DNA of 64,000 bases from Octopus sinensis. Its lineage: Eukaryota. How positions within the stretch are numbered: position 1 is the first letter of the stretch; each line of letters begins with the position of its first letter. This document shows positions 1 through 12,769 of the stretch, piece by piece. Made by a program: the position numbers and the translations under genes. The notes under the pieces are model-generated. The model worked only from the letters and a program-made list of their open reading frames with translations. It was not told the DNA's origin and searched no databases. The stretch is taken from positions 53,568,001 to 53,632,000 of the forward strand of contig NC_043009.1 in the NCBI RefSeq assembly GCF_006345805.1. Direction: 5' to 3'.

Positions 1-74
1 ATTGATTCATTATATGGCTTCTTTCCTGGTCAATAGACTTGTTAACACACAATGGTGTGGTGAATATATTAATG

Positions 75-470
75 TACACACACACACACATACACACACA
101 CACACACACACACGCACACATATATATATGTATATATATATATATATGTGTGTGTGTGTATATATATATGTATATATATATATGTGTGTGTATATAAAAT
201 ATATATATAATATATATAAAGTATATATATATAAAATATATGTATATATATATATATAAAATATATATATATAAAGTATATATATATATGTATATATGAC
301 ACACATACATAGAAATAGGTTTACATATATATATGTATAAGTAGATATATAAGTGTATGTGTGTGTGAAGCATATATATATATATATATATGTATATATT
401 ATACATATATGTATATGGACATTTACATACTCACACACACACGTATATACATGTATGTATATGATCATTT
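75..470. repeat. (CA)n/(TA)n compound microsatellite
   Basis: Direct reading; explains the YI/HT/CV-repeat ORFs. Confidence 0.95.
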
Positions 471-1439
471 AATGTGCACGGTTTAATGATACGGGCTATT
501 AATACAATTTTGCTCTCAACACAAGGGTCTAGGCAGGGTTTTTATAAAACGCCTTGAGTTTCCAAACAAGCCTTCAGGCTCTGAGCATATGATTTTGTCT
601 ATTTGCAAATCAGGACGCTGGTGTAAGAGAAATCGAGAGAGAAACAACAAAAAGATGTTACATGCTAAAATTTAACGGTTAAATAAAAAAAGGAAGAAAT
701 AAAGTAAAAGAAAAATTGAGACATGTCCCTGCTGACCGTACCTTCATAAGTAAGCTAGTTCTTGAGTTCTTGTAGGATCGTTTAACGGAGAGCAAAGGCT
801 ACAGGTCAGTTACTCAATCGCGATAGGGTGTGCACCCTACTTCACCAAATCAGAGGACGCCACCCAGTGTCGAATTACTGGATGGAGTTCGTTTTTTGTT
901 GGACTCACCTTAACGGAACAGCAAATTCTATATGTGTATATATATAATGTCGAACAATGTAAATGAGAGCTCAAAACCGCATTGGTGTATATCATTTCTT
1001 CATTTGTGAATTAAGGCTACCATTGGTTTTATTTTGAGGAAAGTACGAAAATATCCTAGTGTCTTAACAAATTTTCAAGCCGATCACATAAAGAAATGTG
1101 TTCGCCTCCATTTTGGAAAACAGCCACATGGGTTCTCGTAAATTCGCGTGAATAAAACAATGGCTCAATAAATCAAATGACGTATTTTGTTAATATTCGG
1201 ATGTTTATCTCCCTTGGATTCGTCTTTTGGGCAAATATTTGCGTGGCAAATTTCTTTACATTATTTGGTTTTGTTCAGGGCATAGTGTTTTTACGCTTGT
1301 GTGCTGAGGCATATTTCTTCATTGTGGGTTATATGTGTTCCTTTTTAGGAGTGGGGCTATGCTAGTGGAGTTACCTTCGTGGATAGGGTCTTTTCTTTGA
1401 AATATTTGAGTGTAAATCATTCTTTGTGTATTTAGGATG

Positions 1440-1825
1440 TTATTTATTGATTGAAAAATGTTTAATTTTTCAGTAATGCAGAGTTCACAATTGATACCCC
1501 GTCCTCTGAACATTTTGGCTATAGCAATAATTTTCCATTCTATCAGGAGGTTGCTTCTTCCAAATTCTTTCAATGTCCATATCATATTTGACGGGGAAGA
1601 TGCATGTTCTGTTCTTTTGTTTTTGTCTCTCAATGACGCCAGATGCTGTGTATACCTTCCCTTAAACGAGTTGCCAGTCATTCTGATAAACGTCTTTGCC
1701 AATCCATTGGGGTCGGTGATCTTGGCCTTGTATACCAGTTCTTTCACGATACAGTCGTTGTTTAGAGGGCAGTGGTTTGGAGAGCTACAGTTGCATTGTC
1801 TTTTGTGGCTGTTTCTGGTGTGATT
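1440..1825 (-). mobile_element. Penelope-like retroelement GIY-YIG endonuclease fragment
   Basis: ORF 1319..1867(-): CNC-x4-CPL-x3-C, LVYKAKI, MTGNSFKGRYTQHLAS, IWTLK, IEWKII, CELCITEK match the PLE endonuclease layout. Confidence 0.85.
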
Positions 1826-2057
1826 CTGTTTATATATATACACACACACATAAGTATATATAAGCAAATGTATGTATGTCTATGTTTGTATGTAAGTATG
1901 TATGTATGTATGTATCTATCTGTCACTCTCTCACTGTGTCTATATATCTCTGTATACATGCATATATACATGCATACATATACGCACACACACACACAGA
2001 CACACACACACATACACACACATATATATATATATATATATAGCTAGATAGATAGAT

Positions 2058-2145
<88 letters not shown>

Positions 2146-2449
2146 TGGGAGGAAACATTTGTGAAAAGAGTTTGAGTGAGAAAAAAAAATGTGTGCTTCT
2201 TAAAAAACGACGCTTAAATGTCTTTTCATTATTGGAATGTATTGTTTTGTTTAGAAAATGTCAAGAGATTTAATGGCAAGTGGTCAAAGACAGACACTGT
2301 AACATTTTACACATGAATGCACCGCTAACTTGCATACATACATAAATACATAAATATACTCATATGTTCTTGCGTATATACATATGTATACATAAATAAT
2401 TACATAACTACATACCTACCTACAAGTATATGTGTGTATATATATATAC

Positions 2450-2494
<45 letters not shown>

Positions 2495-2496
2495 AA

Positions 2497-2527
<31 letters not shown>

Positions 2528-2626
2528 CATATATATAAAATTTTCATTTTCATTTTCATTTTCTAAAACTAACACACTTGCTTATTGTTCATAACCTATC
2601 TTCGTTTTTTGTTTCTTTCTCTTTCT

Positions 2627-2671
<45 letters not shown>

Positions 2672-2674
<3 letters not shown>

Positions 2675-2742
2675 TCAATATAGGGTGGCAAAAAATTTCG
2701 TAGAATTCTTTTGCCACCAGCGGCCTAGTGGGAACACTAGGC
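2672..2742 (+). repeat. Short hairpin-rich dispersed repeat (second copy at 37045-37108, minus)
   Basis: AATCAATATAGGGTGGCAAAA...TTTTGCCACCAGCGGC matches the reverse complement of 37045-37108; contains two stem-loops. Confidence 0.75.
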
Positions 2743-2754
2743 TGCTATATGCTG

Positions 2755-2832
<78 letters not shown>

Positions 2833-3203
2833 GAGTGTGTGTATGTATGTATGTATGTATATGTATATATATATATGTATATATATATGATTCATATAGG
2901 TAGCAGTATGCACTGCTTTACTAAAAAGGAAATCTATATTTGTACTTAATATGACTAGTGTTTTAGGAACACCTACATTTCTGGTAGAGGCAGTCCTTAC
3001 TCACGAGGCAATGGAAATTGCCACGACTCACCGGTCATTATAGCGAACTGTCGATCGGTGTTTTCAGGCAATTGTCATCCCTGTTAGTATGTATTCAATT
3101 ATTTGTATACAGATGTGTACAATTATTTGCATGATAGCGTTTATTTCTAGCAATGTAGGTTTTTCTAACGCCCTAGTCTTATATATATATATATATATAC
3201 ATA

Positions 3204-3412
3204 CACGAGGACCTGCTGAAAGGTTTCTGACTTTGAGGGCTTTGCGAAAGGCCTGGATCTGGAAGTTCGACCTTCTGAGTCATTTTACAGGGCTTAGAAA
3301 AACTCTAGGAAACTGCAGTAAGTGTGTGAACATGTTGAATAAAATCGTAATAAACTGAACCTGCTGTATTTTTTTTTACCCATAGCCACGACATTTTCAG
3401 TAACACTTCGTG
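3204..3412 (+). mobile_element. Non-autonomous mariner-type MITE
   Basis: TA-flanked imperfect TIRs (CACGAGG..GCTGAAAGG / TTTTCAG..CTTCGTG); homologous to 16967-17184 in the opposite orientation. Confidence 0.75.
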
Positions 3413-3416
3413 TATG

Positions 3417-3456
<40 letters not shown>

Positions 3457-3504
3457 CTTATTTGGAGAAATAAGAAATTGACGCGAGGCGTTCAATCATA
3501 TAAT

Positions 3505-3750
3505 AACAATTTAATAAATAAAACATACGCATACATACATACATATATGTATATACCTACATCTATATGTATATATACATGCATATATATATATATGTGT
3601 GCAGGGCACCACAAATAAACGTAGAACACAACGAGAAACGAAAACATAAAAACAAACAAGGAAACGGACTTTTTTAACAACGAAAAAACAGAGTAGAAGA
3701 CAAACAATACAAGGAATATTCCCCTTCATCAGCTGCCCCTGGTTCGACTC
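3505..3750 (-). repeat. Unclassified dispersed repeat (copy at 28925-29160, plus)
   Basis: Reverse complement aligns to 28925-29160 (CTGA(T/A)GAAGGGGAAT..TTCCTTG...TTTTCGTTTCTCGTTGTGTTC). Confidence 0.8.
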
Positions 3751-4102
3751 AATGCATACATATATATACATATATAAATATATATATACATACATAATAT
3801 ATATATATGTGTGCGTGTGTGAATGTATATATATATATATATCAGTATGTATATATGTATGTATATATCAGTAAATATACATGAAAATGATCGGGGTGTA
3901 AGGCAATTTGTGGGAGTCAGTGCGAAGTTGGATGGACAAGGGAAAATACGTATTGTAGTACGAAAGAGGGAATATCGTCCGTGTCAGAATAAGAGCACAG
4001 TTGGTACATATTGAGACGTGTATATATTCATAGACATCCACATATATATTTGTGTGTGTATGTATAAACATATGTATATACATGTAGTTATTTAGTTACA
4101 CG

Positions 4103-4163
<61 letters not shown>

Positions 4164-4254
4164 ATGTAGACGCATATAAATATATGTTCAAGAAATAAAA
4201 GAGATAAAATCTTCAATACATATTGTTGGATGGTTTATTAAAGTTGGCTATTTA

Positions 4255-4600
4255 TCTTGCTTTTCTGGTTTCACGCCTCTGCCTTCCTCAGGCGAGCACT
4301 CTCACAACTTATTTTGATGGTTAGTTTATAGTTGTTGTTTTAGGTGAGGTTATTTACTCGTGTTCATTCATTACATGCATTTGCCATCTTTTGATTGGCT
4401 GATGTATTTGTGCGTCATCATTTGTTATTTTGTTGTAGTTTTACGTTTACTTTTTATTGAATTTCTTCACGTGAATGAAGGCGCATTTGAATATCATTTA
4501 TTCTTGCATTTTATTGGGTTGTTGGTTTTTACTGAATTTATCAGTTAATCACATTTTCTCTGAAGTTTTTAGAACTGTTGTTTAGGAGGATTTGATCTAT
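4255..4600 (-). mobile_element. Degenerate PLE 3' end/pLTR with decayed hammerhead
   Basis: Minus strand CTCGC-CTGAGGA-AGGC-AGAG-GCGT-GAAAC at 4266-4295, preceded by an IFKC..H.KKF-like translation resembling a PLE endonuclease C-terminus. Confidence 0.35.
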
Positions 4601-4619
4601 TATGATTCTGCACATGCTA

Positions 4620-5080
4620 AGACTGCTGATGTTGGTGATGATGATGTGGAGGATAGGAAAAAAGACGATGCTGCTGCTGATGATGTTGAGGATGATGATG
4701 ATGAGAACGATGACAGTAATGAGTATGTTCATGACGACGGTGGCAACTTCGTTCATGATAATGATGATGATGGTAATGATAAGGTTGGTGATGATGACGG
4801 TCTTGGTGGTATTAATATCGCTAGTGATGAGGATGATGAGGATACTGATGATGCAGTGATGGCTTTCATGTTGATAATGATGGTGATCATGATTATGGTA
4901 ATCGTCGTGATGATGATGACGATAAAACGGTGATGACGATGATAACACGATGATGACGATGACAGTGGTACTGGTTGTAGTGGTAGTGGTGGTGGTGGTG
5001 GTAGGATGCTGATGATGTAGATGATGGCTTTCTTGATGATGATGATGATGAAAATGATGATGATGATGTTGATGATGTAA
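4620..5080. repeat. Degenerate (GAT)n/(GGT)n trinucleotide low-complexity tract
   Basis: Direct reading. Confidence 0.9.
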
Positions 5081-5229
5081 TAAGCAGCCTATCCGTTCAG
5101 GGAATACATTAAAAAAATATGTATAATTCATCCTTCCATGTTTGAGTCGGGGAAAAATAAAACAGTCCATATTATTATTAGATTTGCTCCTGTGTGCCCA
5201 CTCTTAAACGCGGATACATACTTACACCA

Positions 5230-5282
<53 letters not shown>

Positions 5283-5283
5283 T

Positions 5284-5314
<31 letters not shown>

Positions 5315-6220
5315 GTAGCTGTATGTATGCAAGCATGTATATATATATATATATATATATATAAAAACGTGAATATGTGTAGATAGTTATGTACCTATAT
5401 GAATTTATTTATTTGCATAAACAACCGAATTACATTTGTGGAATCTAATTAATTTGTAAAACAACTTGAAATCTGTAGCAAATTCCAAAGAATGATCAAT
5501 AAATTCAAGCTTTACAAATCAACCCGATGTTTCTAGAACAGAACAACCCAAAATAAAATTAAAACCACATAAAACCTAAACCAAACTGCCGAAAGAAATG
5601 AGAAATAATCAATCAGTAACGCACTCACACAAACACACACACAACACACACACATACACACACATACACACACACAGATATTTGTATAAACTGAGAAAAA
5701 ATAAATAAGTATATGAATTGGCAGATGTATATATATATATTTATGTATACATGTGTGTGTGCGTGTGTGTGTTTGTATACATATGTTTATATGTATGTGT
5801 ACGTATGTGTATATATATATTTCTATTTGTTTGTATATATATATATGTATGTATATAAGCGTTGCTCTCGTGCGTGCGTATGAAACAACGTAAGTCGGAG
5901 CCTCTGCGCCTGATTGAAATATCTGTCAAATATCGATCACATCACGTGTTACCATCTTAATAAAATGCTTCGTATTGAATAATTGTTTTTAATTTAGGCA
6001 AAATGCCATCAACTGTGAGGGCAGATATTTATTCGATTCCATAGCCTCCTGTCCATGATCGGTACTATATTTCATCCACTCCGAAAGGCTTAATTGACCT
6101 GGGTGGGATTCGAACTCAGCGTAAAATTGCCTGAAGTATTAACTCACATCATTTTATCAGACCCTTTAAGGATTCCGCTTACTCGTAGCCTTTGACATAT
6201 ATGCTGTTTGTTCCTTCTCA

Positions 6221-6470
6221 AGCCATGCCTGGCTCATAGGGCCGGTTTACCCGGTTTACTTGGCGTATAGGTTCTCCACCTGGACCGGACGCCGGTCCGT
6301 CACAGGTGAGCTGCAAGATGCAGGAGGAAAGAGTGAGAGGAAGTTGAGGCGAAAGAGTCAAAAGAAGTTCGCCATTACCTTCTGCAGGAGCCGCGTAGAG
6401 CTTAGGTATTTCGCTTATAAACGCACACATCGCCCGGTCTGAGATTCGAACCCGCGATCCCTCGACAGCG
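6221..6470 (-). mobile_element. tRNA-derived SINE (family A), 5'-truncated
   Basis: Reverse complement aligns to 17242-17545; B-box GGGTTCGAATCT. Confidence 0.85.
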
Positions 6471-6787
6471 TCTACGGAATATATGGACTAATGTGATATT
6501 GTATGTAGTGTAGTAATGAATAAAATTCTTTGATATTAGGCGTGTTGGATCCCGTTCGGTTTGATCCACGGGGACTATGATCACATCTCATGTTACTAAT
6601 TTGTGTTATAAATGAGCTAATAATCATCCTAAATTTTATCTTTTGTAGCTGATTCTTTGTAATTAATTTAGTGTTAAAATATTAATTACAGTATTCATTG
6701 CATAGCTACAAAAATAATTAAGCGGAAGAAACAATATAAATCTAGTAATTATGTTAGTTATTTCATATCGGAAAATACGGAAGGTGA

Positions 6788-6831
6788 CTCCGAACATGTT
6801 TTGGCAATGTTATAAAGTCTTCATCAGCAAG
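6788..6831 (-). ncRNA. Decayed minimal hammerhead-like motif
   Basis: CTTG-CTGATGA-AGAC-n11-GCC-AAAAC-AT-GTT-CGGAG; palindromic ACATGT stem III; G12 mutated to A. Confidence 0.3.
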
Positions 6832-7539
6832 TCTTAGACTTAATCTTACTCGCCGAAGTAGGACAATGTGTTTTTTGAAAAATCAATTGCTGCTACATAC
6901 TTGTGTTTGTGTATATCAGCTTTTGTATGTGCGTGAGAGGGAGAAGTCAATATTTTTCCTGTTGTAATTTTTCTGTATTTTCGGGTCAACCCTGAACTAG
7001 CAGCTCTATGATCAACTACGTTCCAATCGAGACTGTCATAGATTTATTGGATCTCTAACTCTATTCAAAGTTTTCATGCATTTCCACGGTGCTTAGCATC
7101 GTCTTAATCGTATCTAGAAGATACCAAAGAATCGAGGTAGTGCCATGTGGTACGAGGCCAGAGTTCCACTGTGGTGAAAGTATGAAGACACCTCGACACC
7201 CAACGTGAAATTATGTTGTAAATCATGTATGCGTTTGCATGTTAAAAATCTTTAAAATGTCGGGAAATGTTAAGCCAGGGTTGAATTACGGTCCCCGAGG
7301 CGCTGAGTCAAAATCCTGACGGGGTCAACTTGGCATTTGTTCGATAGAATTAACTCTAATTAGGTACGTCGGAGTATATAATCAAATGAAGCCTTCCTCC
7401 AAATGTGTGGCAATGTTATAAATCCATATTTATGGTACAAATAATCGCTGTAAGATGGCGTTAGGGTTAATTACAGAGTATCAATGAGGAATTGTGATAG
7501 GGTACTGAAAGACAATGGAAGTAGGTATAAGAGCGATTA

Positions 7540-8394
7540 TCTATCTATATATATAAAACTGAGAATGTGTGTCTGTCTGTCTGTCTGTGTGTTTCCCTAA
7601 AACTTGAGAACTACACAACCAATTTCATTCAAATTTTACACATGGTTTACTTAGGGTCCGGTGAGTGTCATCGGCAAAAGAACATTAACTATTTGCCTAG
7701 GGAGAGCCCACAGCAATATCATATCTTCTCCACTACGATTCCCTAAAACTTGAGAACTACACAACCAATTTCATTCAAATTTTACACATGGCTTACTTAG
7801 GGTCCGGTGAGTGTCATCGGCAAAAGAACATTAACTATTTGCCTAGAGAGAGCCCACAGCAATATCATATCTTCTCCACTACGATTCCCTAAAACTTGAA
7901 AACTACACAACCAATTTCATTCAAATTTTACACATGGCTTACTTAGGGTCCGGGGAGTGTCATCGGCAAAAGAACATTAACTATTTGCCTAGGGAGAGCC
8001 CACAGCAATATCATATCTTCTCCACTACGATTCCCTAAAACTTGAGAACTACACAACCAATTTCATTCAAATTTTACACATGGCTTACTTAGGGTCTGGG
8101 GAGTGTCATCGGCAAAAACATTAAGATTTTGCCTAGGGAGAGCCCACAGCAATATCATATCTTCTCCACTACGATTCCCTAAAACTTGAGAACTACACAA
8201 CCAATTTCATTCAAATTTTACACATGGCTTACTTAGGGTCCGGGGAGTGTCATCGGCAACAATCAAATTAACTTTTTGCCTAGGGAGAGCCCACAGCAAT
8301 ATCATATCTTCTCCACTACGATTCCCTAAAACTTGAGAACTGCACAACCATTGTCATTCAAATTTTACACATGCCTTACTTAGGGTCCATCTAG
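7540..8394 (+). mobile_element. Non-autonomous Helitron-like element with internal 146-bp tandem array (~5.4 copies)
   Basis: A|TC...CTAG|T termini; 5' TCTATCTATATATATAAAA and (TCTG)n; unit starts at 7595, 7741, 7887, 8033, 8177, 8324; no clear 3' hairpin. Confidence 0.65.
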
Positions 8395-8399
8395 TAAGT

Positions 8400-8640
8400 A
8401 ATAAATGTGAGATGTAGTTAGGGTATTTACAGTCAATCAATATGAGACTGACTGTGTTGGGGTACTTAGAAGTAGCCAATGCATGAGGGTGCTTGAGTAC
8501 TGACTGTTAATCATCCCGAGTTAGTGTTAGGGTACTTACACATAACATGAGATGATGTTAAGGGAAATTACACAGAGTCAATATGAGATAAGTTTAGGAT
8601 ACTTATGCATAATAAGTGTGAGATCGTGTTAGAATTCTTA
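8400..8640 (+). repeat. Degenerate ~35-bp minisatellite (TGAGAT..GTTAGGGTACTTAC)
   Basis: About 7 diverged units; similar units at 7450-7520. Confidence 0.5.
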
Positions 8641-9151
8641 CAGTTCTTTGTTTTTTTTTTAATCCTATTAACTTTATATGTCAACTTTAGCATTCAGATT
8701 ACTTTTGATTTCCATATCTTCAGAATCGATTTATATAAGTACTTTCACATATGCAGACGCTTTACACATACACACAACAAAAACACAGGCAGTCAGGCGC
8801 ACGCGCACACACACACACACACACACACACTTGGTTCAAAGTATATCGATATTCATAATATATATGCATACATACGTATATATAATATATATGTGTGTGT
8901 GCCTGAATGTATAAATTTATAATCGATTATGTCTTACATCCATGACTACAAGCCTTTCATTTCTGGCTTTTAATACACATACATACATACATGTATGTAT
9001 ATATGTGCATACATATATATGGATACATATACATGCACAGATATATATGCACACACACACACACATATATATATATGTGTGTGTGTGTATATATATATAT
9101 ATATGTATACATACATACATGCATATATATATTGTGAATTTTCACGTATGC

Positions 9152-9182
<31 letters not shown>

Positions 9183-9188
9183 GTACAT

Positions 9189-10460
9189 TTGAGGTGGTAT
9201 CAAAAAGTTCCCGGACTAGTTCTATTGTGCGCCAACAGATCGCAGAGCATTGTTGCCTGCGTAGTGAGAGCTAGCAGTAATTTACATGAGGCAGTGTGCC
9301 GAGTGACACTGCTGTATTTACTTTGAAACTTGTTAACTTTGTGCTTCTGTGATCATCTGCATGCCGCAATCTGCGATTTTGTCATGGACAGGAAGTTGGA
9401 GCAATTAGTCTACGTGAAATGTTGTGCTAAACTTTTGATGTCTGCTACAGAGATATTGAGCTTGCTTCAGCGAGCTTACGGTGGCGAGGCAATAGGTCGT
9501 ACGCAATTTTTGAGTTGCACCGGCTCTTCAAAAGCGGAAGTACCTGCTTCGAAGACGATGAAGGATCAGGAAGACCTGCCACCAGTGTCATCCCCGGAAA
9601 TGTGAAGAAAATTCATCAGTTTGCGCATGACGATCGCTGGAGGACAATCAATGACATTGCCGATGTTGTTGGTCTGCCGTATGAAGCTGTGCAGGTAATC
9701 CTAACGTGTGAATTGGACATGCAGAGTGTCTCTGCCGACCACTGAGCAGAAAGAACATTACATCGAAGTCTGGTATGAACCCCATCAGCGGTACGCTGAT
9801 GACCCGTCCTTCGTGTCGAGGATCATCACCGGACATGTGAGTTGGCTCTAAGGGCATGGCCCTAAGACGAAGAACACCTTGGAAGAGCCATTCATCTCCG
9901 CGATCAAAGAAGGCACAACGGAGTCGCAGCTCAAACAAGAGCATGCTTATGTTTTTTTTGTTTCGACATCTTTGGTATTGTGCGTCGAGAATCTTCCCCG
10001 TCGGTCAGACAATTCTACGGCGAAGCTTTGAAATGTTTGAGGGAAGACATTCGGCGAAATCAAGCGGATTTATGAAGCGCAAAGAACTGGATTCTCGACG
10101 ACAACAATGCACCCTGTCACCAAGTTCTCCTCACTCGTGAGTTCCTCGTCATAAGGTACATGGTATCACTTCCACACCCTACCTATTAGAGAGATTTAGC
10201 GCCTAGGGACATTCATCTCTTCCTCAAGATGAAAATGCTGCTTTTAGCACCGTTGTCACAGTTCAATGTGAATCACAGAATGTCCTCGATTCGCTTACGG
10301 AAGACGACTTCCCGACCGGATTCCAAATTGGGGAGGAACGCTGGTACCGGTGTATTGCTGCGCAAGGTGACTATTTCGAAAGGGATGATGGTAAAACTTA
10401 GGTAAATAAGTTATTTCTTTTATTAAACATAAATCGTGTGGGAAACTTTTGACACCACCT

Positions 10461-10462
<2 letters not shown>
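9189..10462 (+). mobile_element. Near full-length mariner (DD34D) transposon, transposase pseudogene (~9384-10403)
   Basis: TIRs GAGGTGGTATCAAAAAGTTCCC / GGGAAACTTTTGACACCACCT; translated MDRKLEQ..., EDDEGSGRP, DDPSFVSRIITG, WKSHSSPRSKK, DDNNAPCH, DLAPRD.HLF; frameshifts and stops. Confidence 0.92.
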
Positions 10463-10547
<85 letters not shown>

Positions 10548-10590
10548 ATATATCTGTCTATCTATTACCCACTCTCTCTCCCTCTCTTTT

Positions 10591-10627
<37 letters not shown>

Positions 10628-10710
10628 GTATGTGTGTGTGCATATATATGTGTATATATGTATATATACATATATATGATATATATATATATATACATAT
10701 ATATTATATT

Positions 10711-10795
<85 letters not shown>

Positions 10796-10815
10796 TACAT
10801 GTATATGTGTATATG

Positions 10816-10882
<67 letters not shown>

Positions 10883-10890
10883 ATACATAT
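10460..10890. repeat. (ATCT)n/(CT)n/(TA)n/(CA)n compound microsatellite
   Basis: Direct reading. Confidence 0.95.
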
Positions 10891-11674
10891 ATAGGAAAAG
10901 TACAGAGACGCAGAGAGGGATATTGGGAGATTGTTAGATAGATGAATAGACAGATGCATATTGGCTATTAAAACTATAAAATGTGTATCACTGTATCAGG
11001 TAGACAGGCGATTTGACCATTATGACACTTCACCTTTTGACTGACAGTTATTGGAAGTTACCAATAATCCTAACGACATTAAACAACGTTGAGAAAAAGA
11101 GAAAACGAAAAAATGCAACCAATCGATAAAAGTTAATCGATCCATAAATGCCTATACTACTACCGTTAGGACTAACTTTTATATAAAGCTTATATTTTAA
11201 CATTGGAACAATGCCATGTATTCGAGGTTGAGGGAGATTGGATTACATCGACCGAAGCATATAACGGGTATATATACAACAGTAGTGAATGGTAAACTTG
11301 AGGAAGAGTCCACTCTGCTTATAGGATATTCAAGCGTTAGAAACGAAACTAAATCTCCAAAATTATTTTGTTTCTCTTTCGTCCACCGTTTCTACACAGA
11401 TGGCAACCATTTTATTTTCATTTGAAATTTAAGAAATATCGTTACTGGTGTGGTTTTGTGGTTCGAAGTTTGTTTTCCAAACACATAGTTCTGTGTTCGG
11501 TTCCACTGCTTGGCATCTTTGAGAAGTGTCTTCTACAGAGGGGATTTGTTAGACAGAAACTGAAAGAACTCCGTCACATGTGAATGTATGTTAGTTTGTT
11601 AGTTAAATTTTTGGCTCAAAAAGCAAAAAAGCGAGGCCATGTAGGGGGACATGGAGTTATGTACAGGGTCGTGT

Positions 11675-12004
11675 TCATGTAAAGAGTTCAGGCCATTTGT
11701 GGTCAAGGGAGACTTTGAACCGAGCGGTCCTCGGCATCGTCACCATCTCGTCCGGCAGCTTGTTCCACGGATCCGCAACCCGGACGGAGAAAGCCCCTCT
11801 CCTTCGATTGAGATGAAATCGTCGCAGATAGAGCTTTTCGGAGTGACCCCGCAGCCGACGCTCTGGAGCAGGAGTGAAGAACAGCTCTTTCGAGAGGTTA
11901 CACTTTCCGCTTATGATGTTGTAAGTAAGAATGAGATCACCACGGCGTCGTCGTTTTTCTAGAGAATAAAGGTCGAGCGTCTTCAGCCTTTCTTCATAAG
12001 ACAA
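11675..12004 (-). mobile_element. CR1-clade LINE ORF2 C-terminal fragment
   Basis: YEERLKTLDLYSLEKRRRRGDLILTYNII...RLRGHSEKL...FSVRVADPWNKLP. Confidence 0.9.
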
Positions 12005-12069
12005 ATGTATGTATGTATGTATACATATATGTATGTATGTATGTATTTATATGTATGTATCTGTGTGTG

Positions 12070-12285
12070 CATGTGTGTGTGTGATCATGTCTGTGTTTGT
12101 CATCCTCCGTCGCTTTGATAACCCATGCTGGAGTGTTTACGTCCTCGTAACTTAGCGTTTCGACCAAAAACATCGATGGACTAAATACCTGATAGACTAA
12201 ATTAAATACCGGGGATTGATTCGTTTAAATTGACAGTCTTCCGAGCAGTGCACCAGCATGGCCAAAGTTTAATGATGGAATAAGT
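12070..12285 (+). mobile_element. SINE family C, 3' half (degenerate)
   Basis: Aligns to the reverse complement of 26955-27180. Confidence 0.7.
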
Positions 12286-12769
12286 AAGAAATATATTTAA
12301 ATAAAGATATTAATATGATCATGATGATGAAGATCATGATGATGGTGGTGGTGGTGGTGATGATAATGATGATGATGAAAATATCAACGTCACTATAGCG
12401 TTGTCTATTTCCATACTCAATTTTCGTGTGAAATGTAAGAAATGCTATTACATCACCCCCATCATCATCATCATCATTATCATCACCACCACCTTCATCA
12501 TCCTCGTCGTCATCGTCACCGTCACGACATCGTCGTCTGCTTCTACACACTCACATGACCAGTTTTTATTTTTATATGAAATGTAAGAAATATTATTACA
12601 TTATCGGGTGGAAAGGTCAGTATTGATTTACAAGCGTGCTTTCTTGGTGTTTGACTGGTGCTCTTTCTAAAAATGGGGATTTACGTGTGCTAAACGAATA
12701 AAAGAAATAGAAATAAAATTAAAAAGAAAAGAGAAACGGATAAGAAAAGTTAAAGAAAAGATAAAGCTA

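Noticed and set aside
3028-3085. Minus-strand mini-exon TACTAACAG|...|GTGAGT
   Set aside because: All three frames of the 49-nt segment contain stops and there is no supporting context.
7595-8388. 146-bp array as a CRISPR-like locus
   Set aside because: Whole units are near-identical with no unique spacers, and the context is eukaryotic.
9796-9830. CTGATGA core
   Set aside because: It encodes ADDPSF in the mariner transposase and has no GAAA partner.
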